From: an uncultured bacterium
GTDB lineage: Bacteria; Patescibacteriota; Saccharimonadia; UBA4664; SCTI01
DNA: 64,000 nt
Assembly (NCBI GenBank): GCA_963721685.1
Contig: CAVRJJ010000001.1
Location: forward strand, 4,555 to 68,554
Reading direction: 5' to 3'
The notes beneath the pieces are model-generated. The model was not told where the DNA came from, did not search any database, and was given only the letters and a program-made list of their open reading frames with translations. Of the stretch, positions 1 through 9,563 are shown in pieces (position 1 is the stretch's first letter; each line of letters begins with the position of its first letter). Made by a program: the position numbers and the translations under genes.

Positions 1-62
1 ATTAATAACTTACACCGGAGTAGGCTGAAACAGACTTAGCTTTGTGGAGCTAAAAGATTTCG

Positions 63-779
63 TTAAAACCCGTATCGGTTTTCTGAGAATTTATAAATAT
101 CCTGGACGATATTTTTTACTTCCCACTCTGCTATTTCGTCGGAAGTATTAGGTCTATATGTGCCAGGTGGTTTGTAATAAATATTTTCACACATTAGACC
201 GCCTATAATTACGATAGGATGGGTATAGATTATTTCCCTTATCGCGGCAGCGCCAAAGCGGTTAATATTAAACTGGCACATTCCTACTACCTGATGGTCA
301 CGAAACAGCTCTTCATTCAAACGACTTTCGTAGTCCAATAAGTGTTCTGTTTCAGTGTGGCTAGAGTTTAGCTGCCAAGTCATCTCAGCACATCCTCGAA
401 CAGCCCGAAAACCATTTGACGTAGCTTGGCGTGAAGCTTCTTGGAATAACTTGATTGCAGCATTCGGTTTGAAGGTGCCACTTTCTAAATAAGATCCGTC
501 CTTTGTGCCTAATACTAACTGCTCGCTTTGCAGGCTATATTCAATATCCACACCTGAGCGTTCTAAAGCCTGTAGGACATCCTCCGGTGGATTGTCATCG
601 GTAATATAGATACATTGATCGTGGTCTCGCAACCCCGCCTCTATGAAAGCAACTGCACTAGCCAAACCTTCATGGCTGTCACGGTAAAGCAAGCAGACAT
701 GGTCATGCACACCTACATCCTTTATTGTCTGAAGGAAGCGCTGATTTGGTCTAGGAATTTTTTTTAGCATGTCTTGCAT
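63..779 (-). CDS. MEDS-domain (DcmR-like sensory domain) protein, putative regulator
   Basis: 238-aa ORF, no TM; N-terminus 'HDHVCLLYRDSHEGLASAVAFIEAGLRDHDQCIYI' resembles the opening motif of MEDS domains. Confidence 0.45.
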   Translation of the reverse strand: MQDMLKKIPRPNQRFLQTIKDVGVHDHVCLLYRDSHEGLASAVAFIEAGLRDHDQCIYITDDNPPEDVLQALERSGVDIEYSLQSEQLVLGTKDGSYLESGTFKPNAAIKLFQEASRQATSNGFRAVRGCAEMTWQLNSSHTETEHLLDYESRLNEELFRDHQVVGMCQFNINRFGAAAIREIIYTHPIVIIGGLMCENIYYKPPGTYRPNTSDEIAEWEVKNIVQDIYKFSENRYGF

Positions 780-1006
780 AAGTTTATTCTAGCCAATTCC
801 GGCAGGCTTAATATTGCTGGATTAGACAAAAAGATAAATTTCAGGCACAAAATTTTTAGCCATTACTACAGTACATTTTTACGTGGCTTAAGCCAGACGT
901 TCTTTATGCCACGCCTACCGAGCCGGCTCCGCTAACATAATTTGTTCGGATAACGACCCATAGCCCCAGCCATTGCGCGTATGCTTATGATTGATATAGT
1001 GTCAGT

Positions 1007-1234
1007 ATGAAAAAGTCGTTTACAATCACAATCTCTGCATTGCTCATATGTATCTTAAGTGCGGTAATTGCATCTAGTGATCGTATCGTCGGAACTGGAT
1101 GGGACTCGCTTGGCAGGGCAGTCTGGATAACGCTCCTTGTTACAATTCCTTCCTTTGCAATATTCTGTGCTTTTGGGATTTTGTCATTAATTACTTATTT
1201 TAAAGCCCGTAAGCGTTCAAAAATCCAACCATAG
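1007..1234 (+). CDS. small membrane protein (2 TM), hypothetical
   Basis: 75-aa ORF with two hydrophobic helices and a basic C-tail; flanked by near-identical 16-nt direct repeats. Confidence 0.3.
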   Translation: MKKSFTITISALLICILSAVIASSDRIVGTGWDSLGRAVWITLLVTIPSFAIFCAFGILSLITYFKARKRSKIQP

Positions 1235-1268
1235 CCCTAACCATACAGGCTTATTTAAAAGATATTTG

Positions 1269-1298
1269 TTGATTTACAATAAATTAATATCGTATAAT
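1269..1298 (+). promoter_or_regulatory. sigma70-like promoter (TTGATT-18-TATAAT) with a 15-bp perfect palindrome ATCGTATAATACGAT overlapping the -10
   Basis: hexamers read directly from sequence 25-55 nt upstream of the 1323 ATG; palindrome at 1289-1303. Confidence 0.4.
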
Positions 1299-1322
1299 AC
1301 GATTATTAACGAGAAATAAACA

Positions 1323-2825
1323 ATGGGGCACGTACATATCAAGTCTCAACTCGCTCAAGCCGCCGCAATAGTTGGCGTGTCGCTCACTCTTGGTCTATTG
1401 TTCGACTTGTTCTTCTTCGAACATCTACCCGGCCTATCCTTTCCCGTGTACGTTGCTGTCGTTGCGGGCGGAATAATGGGCCTCGCCCATTATTTGCAGC
1501 AAAAACCAAGCAAAGCCGTGTGGTGGCTGATGCTTCCACTTATTGGTTTTGCCGCCATGGTAGCCGTTCGCTCGAGCGAGATGCTGACACTTATGAATAT
1601 TGGCGCGTGCTTGTTGCTTCTATTGTTAATTGCCAAAGTGGCCTTCCGCCGCCGTCTCACTGATTTGCGCGTTAAGGACTATAGCAGTATCCCGCTTACC
1701 CCATTGCAGTTTTTGAAGCCGGCGAGGCATACTATTGGGCAGATTGTAGCAACGCATAAGGCTCTGAAAATTCAGCCCAAGACGGCTCAGATCGTAAAGG
1801 GTATCGCAATTACTGTTCCGGTTCTTGTCGTGTTTTTGCTTTTATTCGCGTCGGCCGACCTTATCATCCAAAAGCACCTCAATGATTTGGTAAGCATTCA
1901 AATTGACCCCGAGATAACCGCAAGGCTTATTTTGATTTTGCTGGCTACGCTTGGCTTTATAGGTGGATACTCATATTTGTTCAGTGTCACTAAACCAGAA
2001 GAAAATCCATTAGAAGCTCCGTTAAAGCCGCTTATTGGCAAGGTTGAAAGCACCATACTTCTCGTTTCAGTAAATACGCTATTTTTCGCGTTTATTCTCG
2101 TACAGCTCGCGTACCTGTTTGGGGGAACGGGGAATATCTCCGCGCAAGGTTTCACTTACGCCGAATATGCGCGCAAAGGTTTTTTTGAACTTTTAGCTGT
2201 CGTGGTTATGGCGTTTGGTTTACTATGGTCAGCCGAGAAGTACATTGAAAGGGGCAAACGCGGCCACTCAATGTTGTTTAAAGTGCTAAGTATCGGCTTA
2301 GTACTGCAGGTTATGCTAATTATGGGGTCGGCTTTCAGGCGGCTGTATTTATATGAGCAAGCGTATGGTTTTACAGCACCGCGTCTTTACAGCCACGCCT
2401 TTACAATTCTCCTTGCAGTCATATTTCTCATTCTGGCATACAAGATAATTCGGTCGGCTTCCGACCGAGCCTTCGCCTTTCCAGCGTTGCTGGCAGTTAT
2501 CGCGTTCCTAGCGGTCATGAACACCATAAATCCCGATGCCTTTATAGCGCGGCAAAACCTTGAGCGCTATCAGCATACAGGCAAAATCGACGCTCAATAC
2601 TTAGGTCGGCTATCTGATGACGCGGTGCCGGTGCTGGTTGAGCAGTATTTATCACTTCGTCCCGATGACACCAAGGCCCTAGGCGAGCAGTTGAACCGTC
2701 GCCGGTTTAATCGTCAGTCCGAGGCCGATGTCAGCTGGCAGTCATGGAATTTGTCCCGGTCTTCGGCCGACGACGCTCTTATAGGCGAGGCTTCTCGACT
2801 TCAAGAGTATCCCATAAAACAATAA
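1323..2825 (+). CDS. polytopic membrane protein, unknown function
   Basis: 500-aa ORF, >10 hydrophobic segments, hydrophilic Arg/Asp-rich C-terminal tail. Confidence 0.5.
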   Translation: MGHVHIKSQLAQAAAIVGVSLTLGLLFDLFFFEHLPGLSFPVYVAVVAGGIMGLAHYLQQKPSKAVWWLMLPLIGFAAMVAVRSSEMLTLMNIGACLLLLLLIAKVAFRRRLTDLRVKDYSSIPLTPLQFLKPARHTIGQIVATHKALKIQPKTAQIVKGIAITVPVLVVFLLLFASADLIIQKHLNDLVSIQIDPEITARLILILLATLGFIGGYSYLFSVTKPEENPLEAPLKPLIGKVESTILLVSVNTLFFAFILVQLAYLFGGTGNISAQGFTYAEYARKGFFELLAVVVMAFGLLWSAEKYIERGKRGHSMLFKVLSIGLVLQVMLIMGSAFRRLYLYEQAYGFTAPRLYSHAFTILLAVIFLILAYKIIRSASDRAFAFPALLAVIAFLAVMNTINPDAFIARQNLERYQHTGKIDAQYLGRLSDDAVPVLVEQYLSLRPDDTKALGEQLNRRRFNRQSEADVSWQSWNLSRSSADDALIGEASRLQEYPIKQ

Positions 2826-2893
2826 TAATCTATTGCAAAACAATATAACGTATGTTAAATTTCAAGCAATAATAAGTAAGCAAGGTTAATTCG

Positions 2894-3358
2894 ATGAATA
2901 GAGGGTCAACCATCTTCTTAAAGGGTGCTGTTATTCTGATTGGGCTTGTAGTGCTGGGTTTGTGCGTTATCGCGTTGCCCGCGGGAATACGCTCCGATAA
3001 CACGGGTTATTATGCCCCTATCTTGTGGGGTATGTACGTACCGGCAATACCGTTTTTCTTTGCCCTCCACCAAGCGTTTAAGCTGCTAAGCTTTATCGAT
3101 AAAAACAATGCTTTTTCTCAAATTTCGGTAGATGCTTTGAAAAATATAAAATTCTGCGCGCTTACCATCAGCGCGTTGTTTGCGGCGGGAATGCCATACA
3201 TATTTTACGCGGCGGATAGAGATGACGCTCCGGGAGTTGCGTTGATAGGGTTTGTGATTATTGGTGCTTCCTTTGTAATCGCGACCTTCGCGGCCGTGCT
3301 GCAAAAGCTGTTGCAAAATGTTATAGACATAAAGTCGGAAAATGATTTAACGGTATGA
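2894..3358 (+). CDS. DUF2975-like membrane protein
   Basis: 154-aa 4-TM protein immediately upstream of a YozG-like XRE HTH regulator, the canonical DUF2975/XRE pair. Confidence 0.5.
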   Translation: MNRGSTIFLKGAVILIGLVVLGLCVIALPAGIRSDNTGYYAPILWGMYVPAIPFFFALHQAFKLLSFIDKNNAFSQISVDALKNIKFCALTISALFAAGMPYIFYAADRDDAPGVALIGFVIIGASFVIATFAAVLQKLLQNVIDIKSENDLTV

Positions 3359-3368
3359 GGCTAATGTA

Positions 3369-3599
3369 ATGGCAATTATAATTAATATTGATGTAATGTT
3401 GGCCAGGCGCAAAATGAGCGTTACCGAGCTAACAGAAAAAGTTGGCATAACCATGGCCAATCTTTCTATTCTAAAAAACGGCAGGGCGAAAGCTGTTCGA
3501 TTTTCAACCCTTGGAGCAATTTGTGAAGCTTTAGGTTGCCAGCCTGGAGATATTTTAGAGTACCAAAGCGATAGTCAACGTATAGCAGAGAGGAAGTAG
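3369..3599 (+). CDS. XRE-family helix-turn-helix transcriptional regulator (YozG-like)
   Basis: 76 aa; 'ARRKMSVTELTEKVGITMANLSILKNGRAKAVRFSTLGAICEALGCQPGDIL' is a typical Cro/C1-type HTH. Confidence 0.7.
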   Translation: MAIIINIDVMLARRKMSVTELTEKVGITMANLSILKNGRAKAVRFSTLGAICEALGCQPGDILEYQSDSQRIAERK

Positions 3600-3611
3600 C
3601 ATCTGTCTTTT

Positions 3612-4031
3612 TTAGCTGTGTTTTTTCTTCATTTCAATATAAGATTCTTTAATAAATTTTTCTAATACCGTCTTGTTAACATCACTTAGTTTATTGATGT
3701 AAAGACACCCTTTGCTTGTTTTGTGCTTGCCTAAGTCTTGTAATAAATCGGTATATACATCGAATCCAAGCATAATATATAAGGTTAAGTTCTGCTTCCG
3801 CGGGGAAAAAGCGGTAAGGGGCCAGTCGCCCTCTTGTCTGCTTCTTTCGGACTTGTAATGGTATTGACCAAACCCGATAATGCTTGAGCCCCACATTTTG
3901 GGCTTTTCGCCGGTAATGCGAGCAAACATTTCCAATAGCATAAAGCTATCATTCTTCTTGGTTTCACCAACAACCGAGTTAATAAAGTTAGTTACGCTGG
4001 CATTATTGGCCGTGGTTTTAATGGTACTCAT
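3612..4031 (-). CDS. DUF1801 (YdhG-like) domain protein
   Basis: 139 aa; overall motif pattern ('VNKTVLEKFIKESYIEMKKK' tail) typical of the DUF1801 family. Confidence 0.5.
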   Translation of the reverse strand: MSTIKTTANNASVTNFINSVVGETKKNDSFMLLEMFARITGEKPKMWGSSIIGFGQYHYKSERSRQEGDWPLTAFSPRKQNLTLYIMLGFDVYTDLLQDLGKHKTSKGCLYINKLSDVNKTVLEKFIKESYIEMKKKHS

Positions 4032-4167
4032 AGCGTTATTGTAACAAACTTATAAGTGCGCCCGCGGATCAAAACAACGTTGCGGAGAACGCCTTGGTAA
4101 TGATATGAATAAGCAGGATTATTGAGGTCCTGTGTTAGCTGGCATGGGCCAAGCGGCGGGTAAAGAA

Positions 4168-4950
4168 TTATCTTGATAACCCAGTGTTAGCGTTGATCTC
4201 AAAATAGTTTGCAAGGTTTGTATTTTCATACTGCTTTAAAGTAGAAATTGTCTCGATTATTTTTTTAGCTTGGGTGTTCCTGGGGTCGGTAATACTGTAA
4301 TTGCTTGCTGCCAAACTGGTTTGAAGTACCAGCAATGTGCCGGGTTTAACTACCCCAAAGTATATGGAGTATGAGTACGCATCGCCATTGGCTGAATTTT
4401 GATTTGTATAAATTATTGCTCCATCTTCAGTTTTAGCAATGGGTACGCACTCAAAATTATTTTGTGTTCCTCGCTCTTTTTCAAAAAACCACTCGAACTC
4501 ACACATATTGCGGGTAGGGTCAAACCGCGTCTTGTACGCCAGGCTGTCTTTAAAACCTCTGAATTTTGTTTGTATAGGGGTAGTATCAAGCGTAACTTCG
4601 TAAGCATCAGACTTATATAAAACGCCCCTCAGCACCGGCTTTCCTTCTGGAGTATTTTTTTCAATGTAGTTTAGTCCGGTGGTGTACACGGGTGGGATAG
4701 TTTTAATAAGCTCCGCGTTCGCCTGGGCATTAAGCTTATTGTTTATCCGAGTTTTCGTTATTTCACTTACGGAAAAAATAATAGCTGCCATTAACATGAA
4801 CGACAGACCAAACCCACCTATTACTTTGAATAAAAGTTTATTTTTCTTGAAGCCAGCAATAAGCAGAAAAACGAAGAGTGCGAAGGGCGCGACTATGAAA
4901 AGGAGTATTCCTAATAAAATTGCTTCTCCGAGTCCGTCGCTACTGTACAT
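4168..4950 (-). CDS. membrane-anchored hypothetical protein
   Basis: 260 aa; two N-terminal TM helices then a soluble domain. Confidence 0.4.
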   Translation of the reverse strand: MYSSDGLGEAILLGILLFIVAPFALFVFLLIAGFKKNKLLFKVIGGFGLSFMLMAAIIFSVSEITKTRINNKLNAQANAELIKTIPPVYTTGLNYIEKNTPEGKPVLRGVLYKSDAYEVTLDTTPIQTKFRGFKDSLAYKTRFDPTRNMCEFEWFFEKERGTQNNFECVPIAKTEDGAIIYTNQNSANGDAYSYSIYFGVVKPGTLLVLQTSLAASNYSITDPRNTQAKKIIETISTLKQYENTNLANYFEINANTGLSR

Positions 4951-5150
4951 AGTGAAGCCATTTTGTCACACCTTTGAAATTGAAAGAAGTAGATTATTGC
5001 CTGGCCGATATCGGCCCACTTCTGTTTTTGCTATGATCTAACCATGAAACACATTGGCGTGGCCGGTATAACAGTCCCAGGGTCCCTGCCGTTCATTGAT
5101 ACAACCCGGCTATTGGCAAAGAAAGCTTTCGAAGAGGCGATTAGGCCGTA

Positions 5151-5483
5151 ATGGGTCAGATTATTCTTTTGCGGATTGCTCACGGTCTGTTCGCCGGCTA
5201 CTTTTTAGCATGCCTTCTCTATCTTTATTTCGCGGCCATCGCGGGGGTATTTGACTACCTATTGGTCGTTGCAGCCATTAGCTTAGCAGCTGAGGGTATT
5301 TTCATCTTCGTCTTCAACAAAGGTGATTGCCCATTAATCCATGTCCAACGTAAAATAGGTGATGATAAACCGTTTTTTGAACTTTTTTTCCCGCCTGCCC
5401 TGGCTAAGCAAGCGCTTCCTCTTTTTGCAAAATTTACTTGGCTCGCGGTGGCCTTATTGCTAGTAAGGTTCGTCTTTCGGTAA
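5151..5483 (+). CDS. small membrane protein, hypothetical
   Basis: 110-aa hydrophobic ORF. Confidence 0.25.
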   Translation: MGQIILLRIAHGLFAGYFLACLLYLYFAAIAGVFDYLLVVAAISLAAEGIFIFVFNKGDCPLIHVQRKIGDDKPFFELFFPPALAKQALPLFAKFTWLAVALLLVRFVFR

Positions 5484-5551
5484 TTCTTCGTAGGTTATAT
5501 AAGCCCCTTTAAATTATCGAGAATGGTCGGGCGGTATATTACAATGATCGT

Positions 5552-6085
5552 ATGGTATATGTAGCCTTGCTTCGAGGCATTAATGTTGGGGGAAAAAATA
5601 AAGTTGAGATGAAGCGGCTCAAGCAAACCTTTGAGCGGCTGGGGTTGCGTGACGTTGCAACCTACATTAACTCCGGTAATGTGATATTCAGCGACGATCT
5701 TCGTAAGCCACAGGATCTTTCTGGCACTATTGAGAAGGCGATCGAAAAGGATTTTGGTTTTGCGGTAGAGGTGCTTATACGAAGCAAAGATGATCTCAGC
5801 GCCATTGCTGATACCCTGCCAGATACGTGGGTAAATGATCAAACCATGAAATGCGATGTTATGTTCCTGTGGGAGGAAGTGGCTAGCCCCAAAGTGCTCA
5901 ATGGTCTAAGTATTAAGCCGGAAATTGAGGATGTTAAATACACATCGGGAGCCATCATTTGGCGTGTAGATAAGAAAAACGTTACCAAAAGCGGCATGAT
6001 GAAACTTGTTGGCACGCAACTATATAAAAAAATGACCATTCGAAACTGTAATACAGTCCGCAAGCTTTTAAGTCTTATGAATTAA
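5552..6085 (+). CDS. DUF1697 domain protein
   Basis: N-terminus 'MVYVALLRGINVGGKNKVEMKRLKQTFERLG' is the signature start of DUF1697 proteins. Confidence 0.55.
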   Translation: MVYVALLRGINVGGKNKVEMKRLKQTFERLGLRDVATYINSGNVIFSDDLRKPQDLSGTIEKAIEKDFGFAVEVLIRSKDDLSAIADTLPDTWVNDQTMKCDVMFLWEEVASPKVLNGLSIKPEIEDVKYTSGAIIWRVDKKNVTKSGMMKLVGTQLYKKMTIRNCNTVRKLLSLMN

Positions 6086-6151
6086 TTAAAAATGCATAAA
6101 TTTTGCTTTTTGGGGTTCACAGACATAAGCATTTTATGTAGTATCGAATGT

Positions 6152-6415
6152 ATGCGAAGTGGGGGACAGTCACTATTAGACCGAGTTGGACTCATGGCGG
6201 CGGTTGCTATGCCGGTGATGACGCTGCCACAGTTTATCAATGTACTACAGGGACACACGCAAGGGTTGTCGTTACTGACTTGGTCTCTTTATACTGTGGT
6301 GTCATTTGTATTCGCGTTAATCGGATTTAAGTACCGCGAAAAAATCCTTATAGTCGCATACGTTCCAATGTTTATTATTGAGGTTGGCATTACCGGCGGA
6401 TTGATTCTTGCATAA
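6152..6415 (+). CDS. SemiSWEET / PQ-loop sugar transporter
   Basis: about 87 aa from the internal Met, 3 TM; 'MTLPQFINVLQGHTQGLSLLTW' matches the SemiSWEET TM1 'LPQ' motif; the ORF track starts at 6092 but the upstream 20 aa look non-conserved. Confidence 0.45.
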   Translation: MRSGGQSLLDRVGLMAAVAMPVMTLPQFINVLQGHTQGLSLLTWSLYTVVSFVFALIGFKYREKILIVAYVPMFIIEVGITGGLILA

Positions 6416-6456
6416 CCTCCAAGTTTGATATGATCTACGCATGAATAGGCGGTTTA

Positions 6457-7899
6457 ATGAGAAGAATAACTAAATACGAATTGGCAGCCTTTATTACCGG
6501 GTTTTCCTTGCTTGCCTATGAACTGGCGGCCGCGCGGATTTTGGCGCCCAGTATTGGCAGTTCAACCTATGTTTGGACGAGTGTTATTGGTGTTATAATC
6601 GCGGCCCTTTCGCTAGGTTACGCGGTTGGTGGAATGCTTGCCGATAAACGGGTTAAACAGTCTGACATTTCTTGGCTTTTATTACTGGCAGCCGGTACCG
6701 TTATTACAACCTACGCGCTTTCCGACACCGTCCTTTCGTGGGTTACGAACGGCATCAAGGACCCACGCCTCCAGGGGTTGCTGGTGGCAACACTCTTGTT
6801 TACGCCAACCAGCTTTATTCTGGGAATTATCAGCCCTTATCTGGCCAGATTGCGAACGGTGTCGCTTGAAACCACGGGAACTTCTGTTGCCTTCTTAAGC
6901 GCCGCCAATGCCATAGGCGGCATTATTGGCACATTTAGTGTCGGGTTCATCTTTTTTGGCTATATTGGGTCGAAAGAAACCTTTATGATCACCGCGCTTT
7001 TCCTGGTGCTTTCAAGTCTCTTTTTTGCGCCTTATCGACAAATAATAAAGCGCGGGGGGATAGGGCTGTTCATCGTGTTATTCATTTTTCTTTGGTTCCC
7101 CCAGAGCAGCGCCGAGGCGGAGGTAGCTGATATCGATACCGCTTCTGCACGGTATAAGATTTATGATGTGGCGTATGATAACGCCCCTACCCGGCTCTTA
7201 GTTTCGGGACCCAACGCCGCCCAGTCGGGTGTCCGCCTCGATGGCTCTAACGAGTTGGTATTTTTCTACACCCGTCAAATGGCGGCCCTAGTGGATACGG
7301 CCCCTAAAAAGGACCGTATCCTTATTCTGGGGGGAGGCGCGTTCACCATGCCCCGTTACTTTGCTGAAAAATATCCGGATTCACAGATTGATGTGGCTGA
7401 AATAGACCCGAAGCTTCCAGGCATAGCCAAGCAGTACTTCAACTATTCAAACCCCGGTAATGTCCATATATACGGGGAAGACGCGCGGGCTTACCTTAAT
7501 ACCAATAAAATAAAATACGACATTATCTTGGTAGATGTTTACAGTGACAGTTCAATCCCCTTTTCTGTCGCCACTCAAGAATACACGGAAAGGCTAAAGC
7601 AGAGCCTTCAGCCGCAAGGGCTGGTTATTTCCAATGTGATTGGTTCCGATACTCAAGCGTGCCGTCCGCAGCTAAGGGCTATCCACGCCTCTTACGCGCA
7701 TAGCTTCTTGAGCTACCGGCTTTATCCTGACCACGACCTGTCGCTTCAGACCAAGCAGAATCTTATTTTTGCCTATTCTAACCAAGCTTTAAGTGATAGG
7801 AGCGGATTAGTATACGACCTCAGCGGAGGGATGGATTTAACTGATAATTTCGCCCCCCTTGAGCGGTTAAAGTTAGAGTGCCAAAAAAGCGAAATATAA
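6457..7899 (+). CDS. membrane-anchored spermidine synthase-like aminopropyltransferase
   Basis: N-terminal multi-TM domain; C-terminal Rossmann methyltransferase-like fold 'ILILGGGAFTMPRYF...DVAEIDP...YDIILVDVYSD' typical of SpeE-type enzymes. Confidence 0.6.
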   Translation: MRRITKYELAAFITGFSLLAYELAAARILAPSIGSSTYVWTSVIGVIIAALSLGYAVGGMLADKRVKQSDISWLLLLAAGTVITTYALSDTVLSWVTNGIKDPRLQGLLVATLLFTPTSFILGIISPYLARLRTVSLETTGTSVAFLSAANAIGGIIGTFSVGFIFFGYIGSKETFMITALFLVLSSLFFAPYRQIIKRGGIGLFIVLFIFLWFPQSSAEAEVADIDTASARYKIYDVAYDNAPTRLLVSGPNAAQSGVRLDGSNELVFFYTRQMAALVDTAPKKDRILILGGGAFTMPRYFAEKYPDSQIDVAEIDPKLPGIAKQYFNYSNPGNVHIYGEDARAYLNTNKIKYDIILVDVYSDSSIPFSVATQEYTERLKQSLQPQGLVISNVIGSDTQACRPQLRAIHASYAHSFLSYRLYPDHDLSLQTKQNLIFAYSNQALSDRSGLVYDLSGGMDLTDNFAPLERLKLECQKSEI

Positions 7900-7935
7900 T
7901 TTTGGCTGAATCTTTATGGGTGGTATAGTTTAAGC

Positions 7936-8511
7936 ATGAGCGAAAAGAAGTTAATTCATCAACCCGGCAAAATGTTATTTGTTGCTTCTTTTATCGTCCT
8001 AACGGCACTCGTTCTCTTTAACACAGTTCTGGCGTTGGAATTATTGAAGCTAAGCCGCAATGATAACCAAATGCCTAATATTATAGTAAAAGCGATTGAA
8101 AACCTTAACCAACCTATCGTGATTGAGCCGCTTTCCGGAAGAGCCTATATTCCTTCCGCTAAACTTGTGCTCCCTCCAAACAATGATTTGGCTGAAGTTG
8201 TATACCGACATTCACCGGGAGAGACTGGGTTTACCGAAGGAGTAACATTATCAACTGTTAGTGATATTGGCCAAGCCAGCGCGGCGGTATTAGGAAGCCC
8301 GGACCACAACGCGGTGTTTGCTGGAATTCCTAAGCTGCAAGCCTGCGCCCGTGCAGTTCATGTGAAGTTTGGGACAGAAAGTCTTGATACGACGATAAAG
8401 CCGGCTGGTACCAAAACGCTGAGCAATAAAAAGGTGGTCCATTTTTATACGGAACCGCTATGTCCTAACCCAGAATTATTAGAGTACGCCAAGCAAATTA
8501 ATAGCTATTAA
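7936..8511 (+). CDS. hypothetical secreted/anchored protein
   Basis: 191 aa; N-terminal TM/signal anchor. Confidence 0.35.
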   Translation: MSEKKLIHQPGKMLFVASFIVLTALVLFNTVLALELLKLSRNDNQMPNIIVKAIENLNQPIVIEPLSGRAYIPSAKLVLPPNNDLAEVVYRHSPGETGFTEGVTLSTVSDIGQASAAVLGSPDHNAVFAGIPKLQACARAVHVKFGTESLDTTIKPAGTKTLSNKKVVHFYTEPLCPNPELLEYAKQINSY

Positions 8512-8570
8512 GTCTGTTTCTGTTGTGATCGCTTGACCCCCTTCATCGCTGGAGGTTAAGATAAAACAAT

Positions 8571-9563
8571 ATGAAAAAGACTTTACCAAGCCAACAAGCC
8601 ATCGTTGTAAAAAATCTGCGTATGTCTTATGGCAAGCTTAAGGTGCTTGATGGGATTAATTTCACCGTAGAGCACGGTAAAATCCTCGCGTTATTGGGCC
8701 CAAATGGTGCCGGTAAAACTACTACCATTCGGATTCTGAGCACTCTGCTTCTTCCCGATGGCGGCGAAGCTAGCATTAATGGTTATGACGTTACAAAGCA
8801 TTCCGGTGACGTCCGCGCCAATATCGGCCTAACCGGCCAGTTCGCGGCCGTAGATGAATACCTTACCGGCGAAGAAAATATGCACATGATGGGGCGTTTG
8901 TACCGTTTAAGCATGAGTGACACAAAACGCCGTACCAACGATTTGATGAAGCAGTTTGATTTGGTTGAGGCGTCAAAACGTCCGGTTAAAACCTATTCCG
9001 GGGGTATGAAGCGCCGGATTGACTTAGCCATGAGCTTGATCGCAAATCCGCCAATTATCTTTCTGGACGAGCCAACCACCGGCCTGGACCCCCGCAGCCG
9101 TTTAACCATGTGGGACATTATTAAGCGACTAGCTAAAGACGGTACAACCATCCTCTTAACCACCCAGTACATGGATGAAGCCGACCATCTGGCCGATAGT
9201 ATTGTCGTAATCGATGAAGGCAAGGTTATTGCTAAAGGCACGGCAGACACCCTTAAGGCTCAGGTGGGGGCCGACCGTTTGGAGATTGTTATTGGTAAGA
9301 AAAGTAGCTTTGAAAAAGCCGTCGCGATTATTGGTAAAAAAGATGGCAAGTCACTTCAATCTGATGCCGAAAGGCGTGTGGTGAGCATTGCCAGCGGCGG
9401 CGGCGTTAAAAAGCTGAAAGAAGTTTTGCAGATGCTTGAAGATGCCCGCATCGAGGTGGAAAGCGTTTCGCTGCATCGCCCAACGCTGGATGATGTCTTC
9501 CTAACCTTAACGGGCCACGCGGCGATTCAAGAGCCGGCCGATAAAGCGAAAGGTAAGAAATAA
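8571..9563 (+). CDS. ABC transporter ATP-binding protein (DrrA-like)
   Basis: Walker A 'GPNGAGKTT', signature 'YSGGMKRR', Walker B '[12 protein letters not shown]'. Confidence 0.85.
   Translation: MKKTLPSQQAIVVKNLRMSYGKLKVLDGINFTVEHGKILALLGPNGAGKTTTIRILSTLLLPDGGEASINGYDVTKHSGDVRANIGLTGQFAAVDEYLTGEENMHMMGRLYRLSMSDTKRRTNDLMKQFDLVEASKRPVKTYSGGMKRRIDLAMSLIANPPIIFLDEPTTGLDPRSRLTMWDIIKRLAKDGTTILLTTQYMDEADHLADSIVVIDEGKVIAKGTADTLKAQVGADRLEIVIGKKSSFEKAVAIIGKKDGKSLQSDAERRVVSIASGGGVKKLKEVLQMLEDARIEVESVSLHRPTLDDVFLTLTGHAAIQEPADKAKGKK

Noticed and set aside
6626-6898. ORFs 6626-6898 and 6672-6869 on the + strand
   Set aside because: They lie in alternative frames inside the spermidine-synthase-like gene. 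They are Trp/Arg/Pro-rich out-of-frame artefacts.
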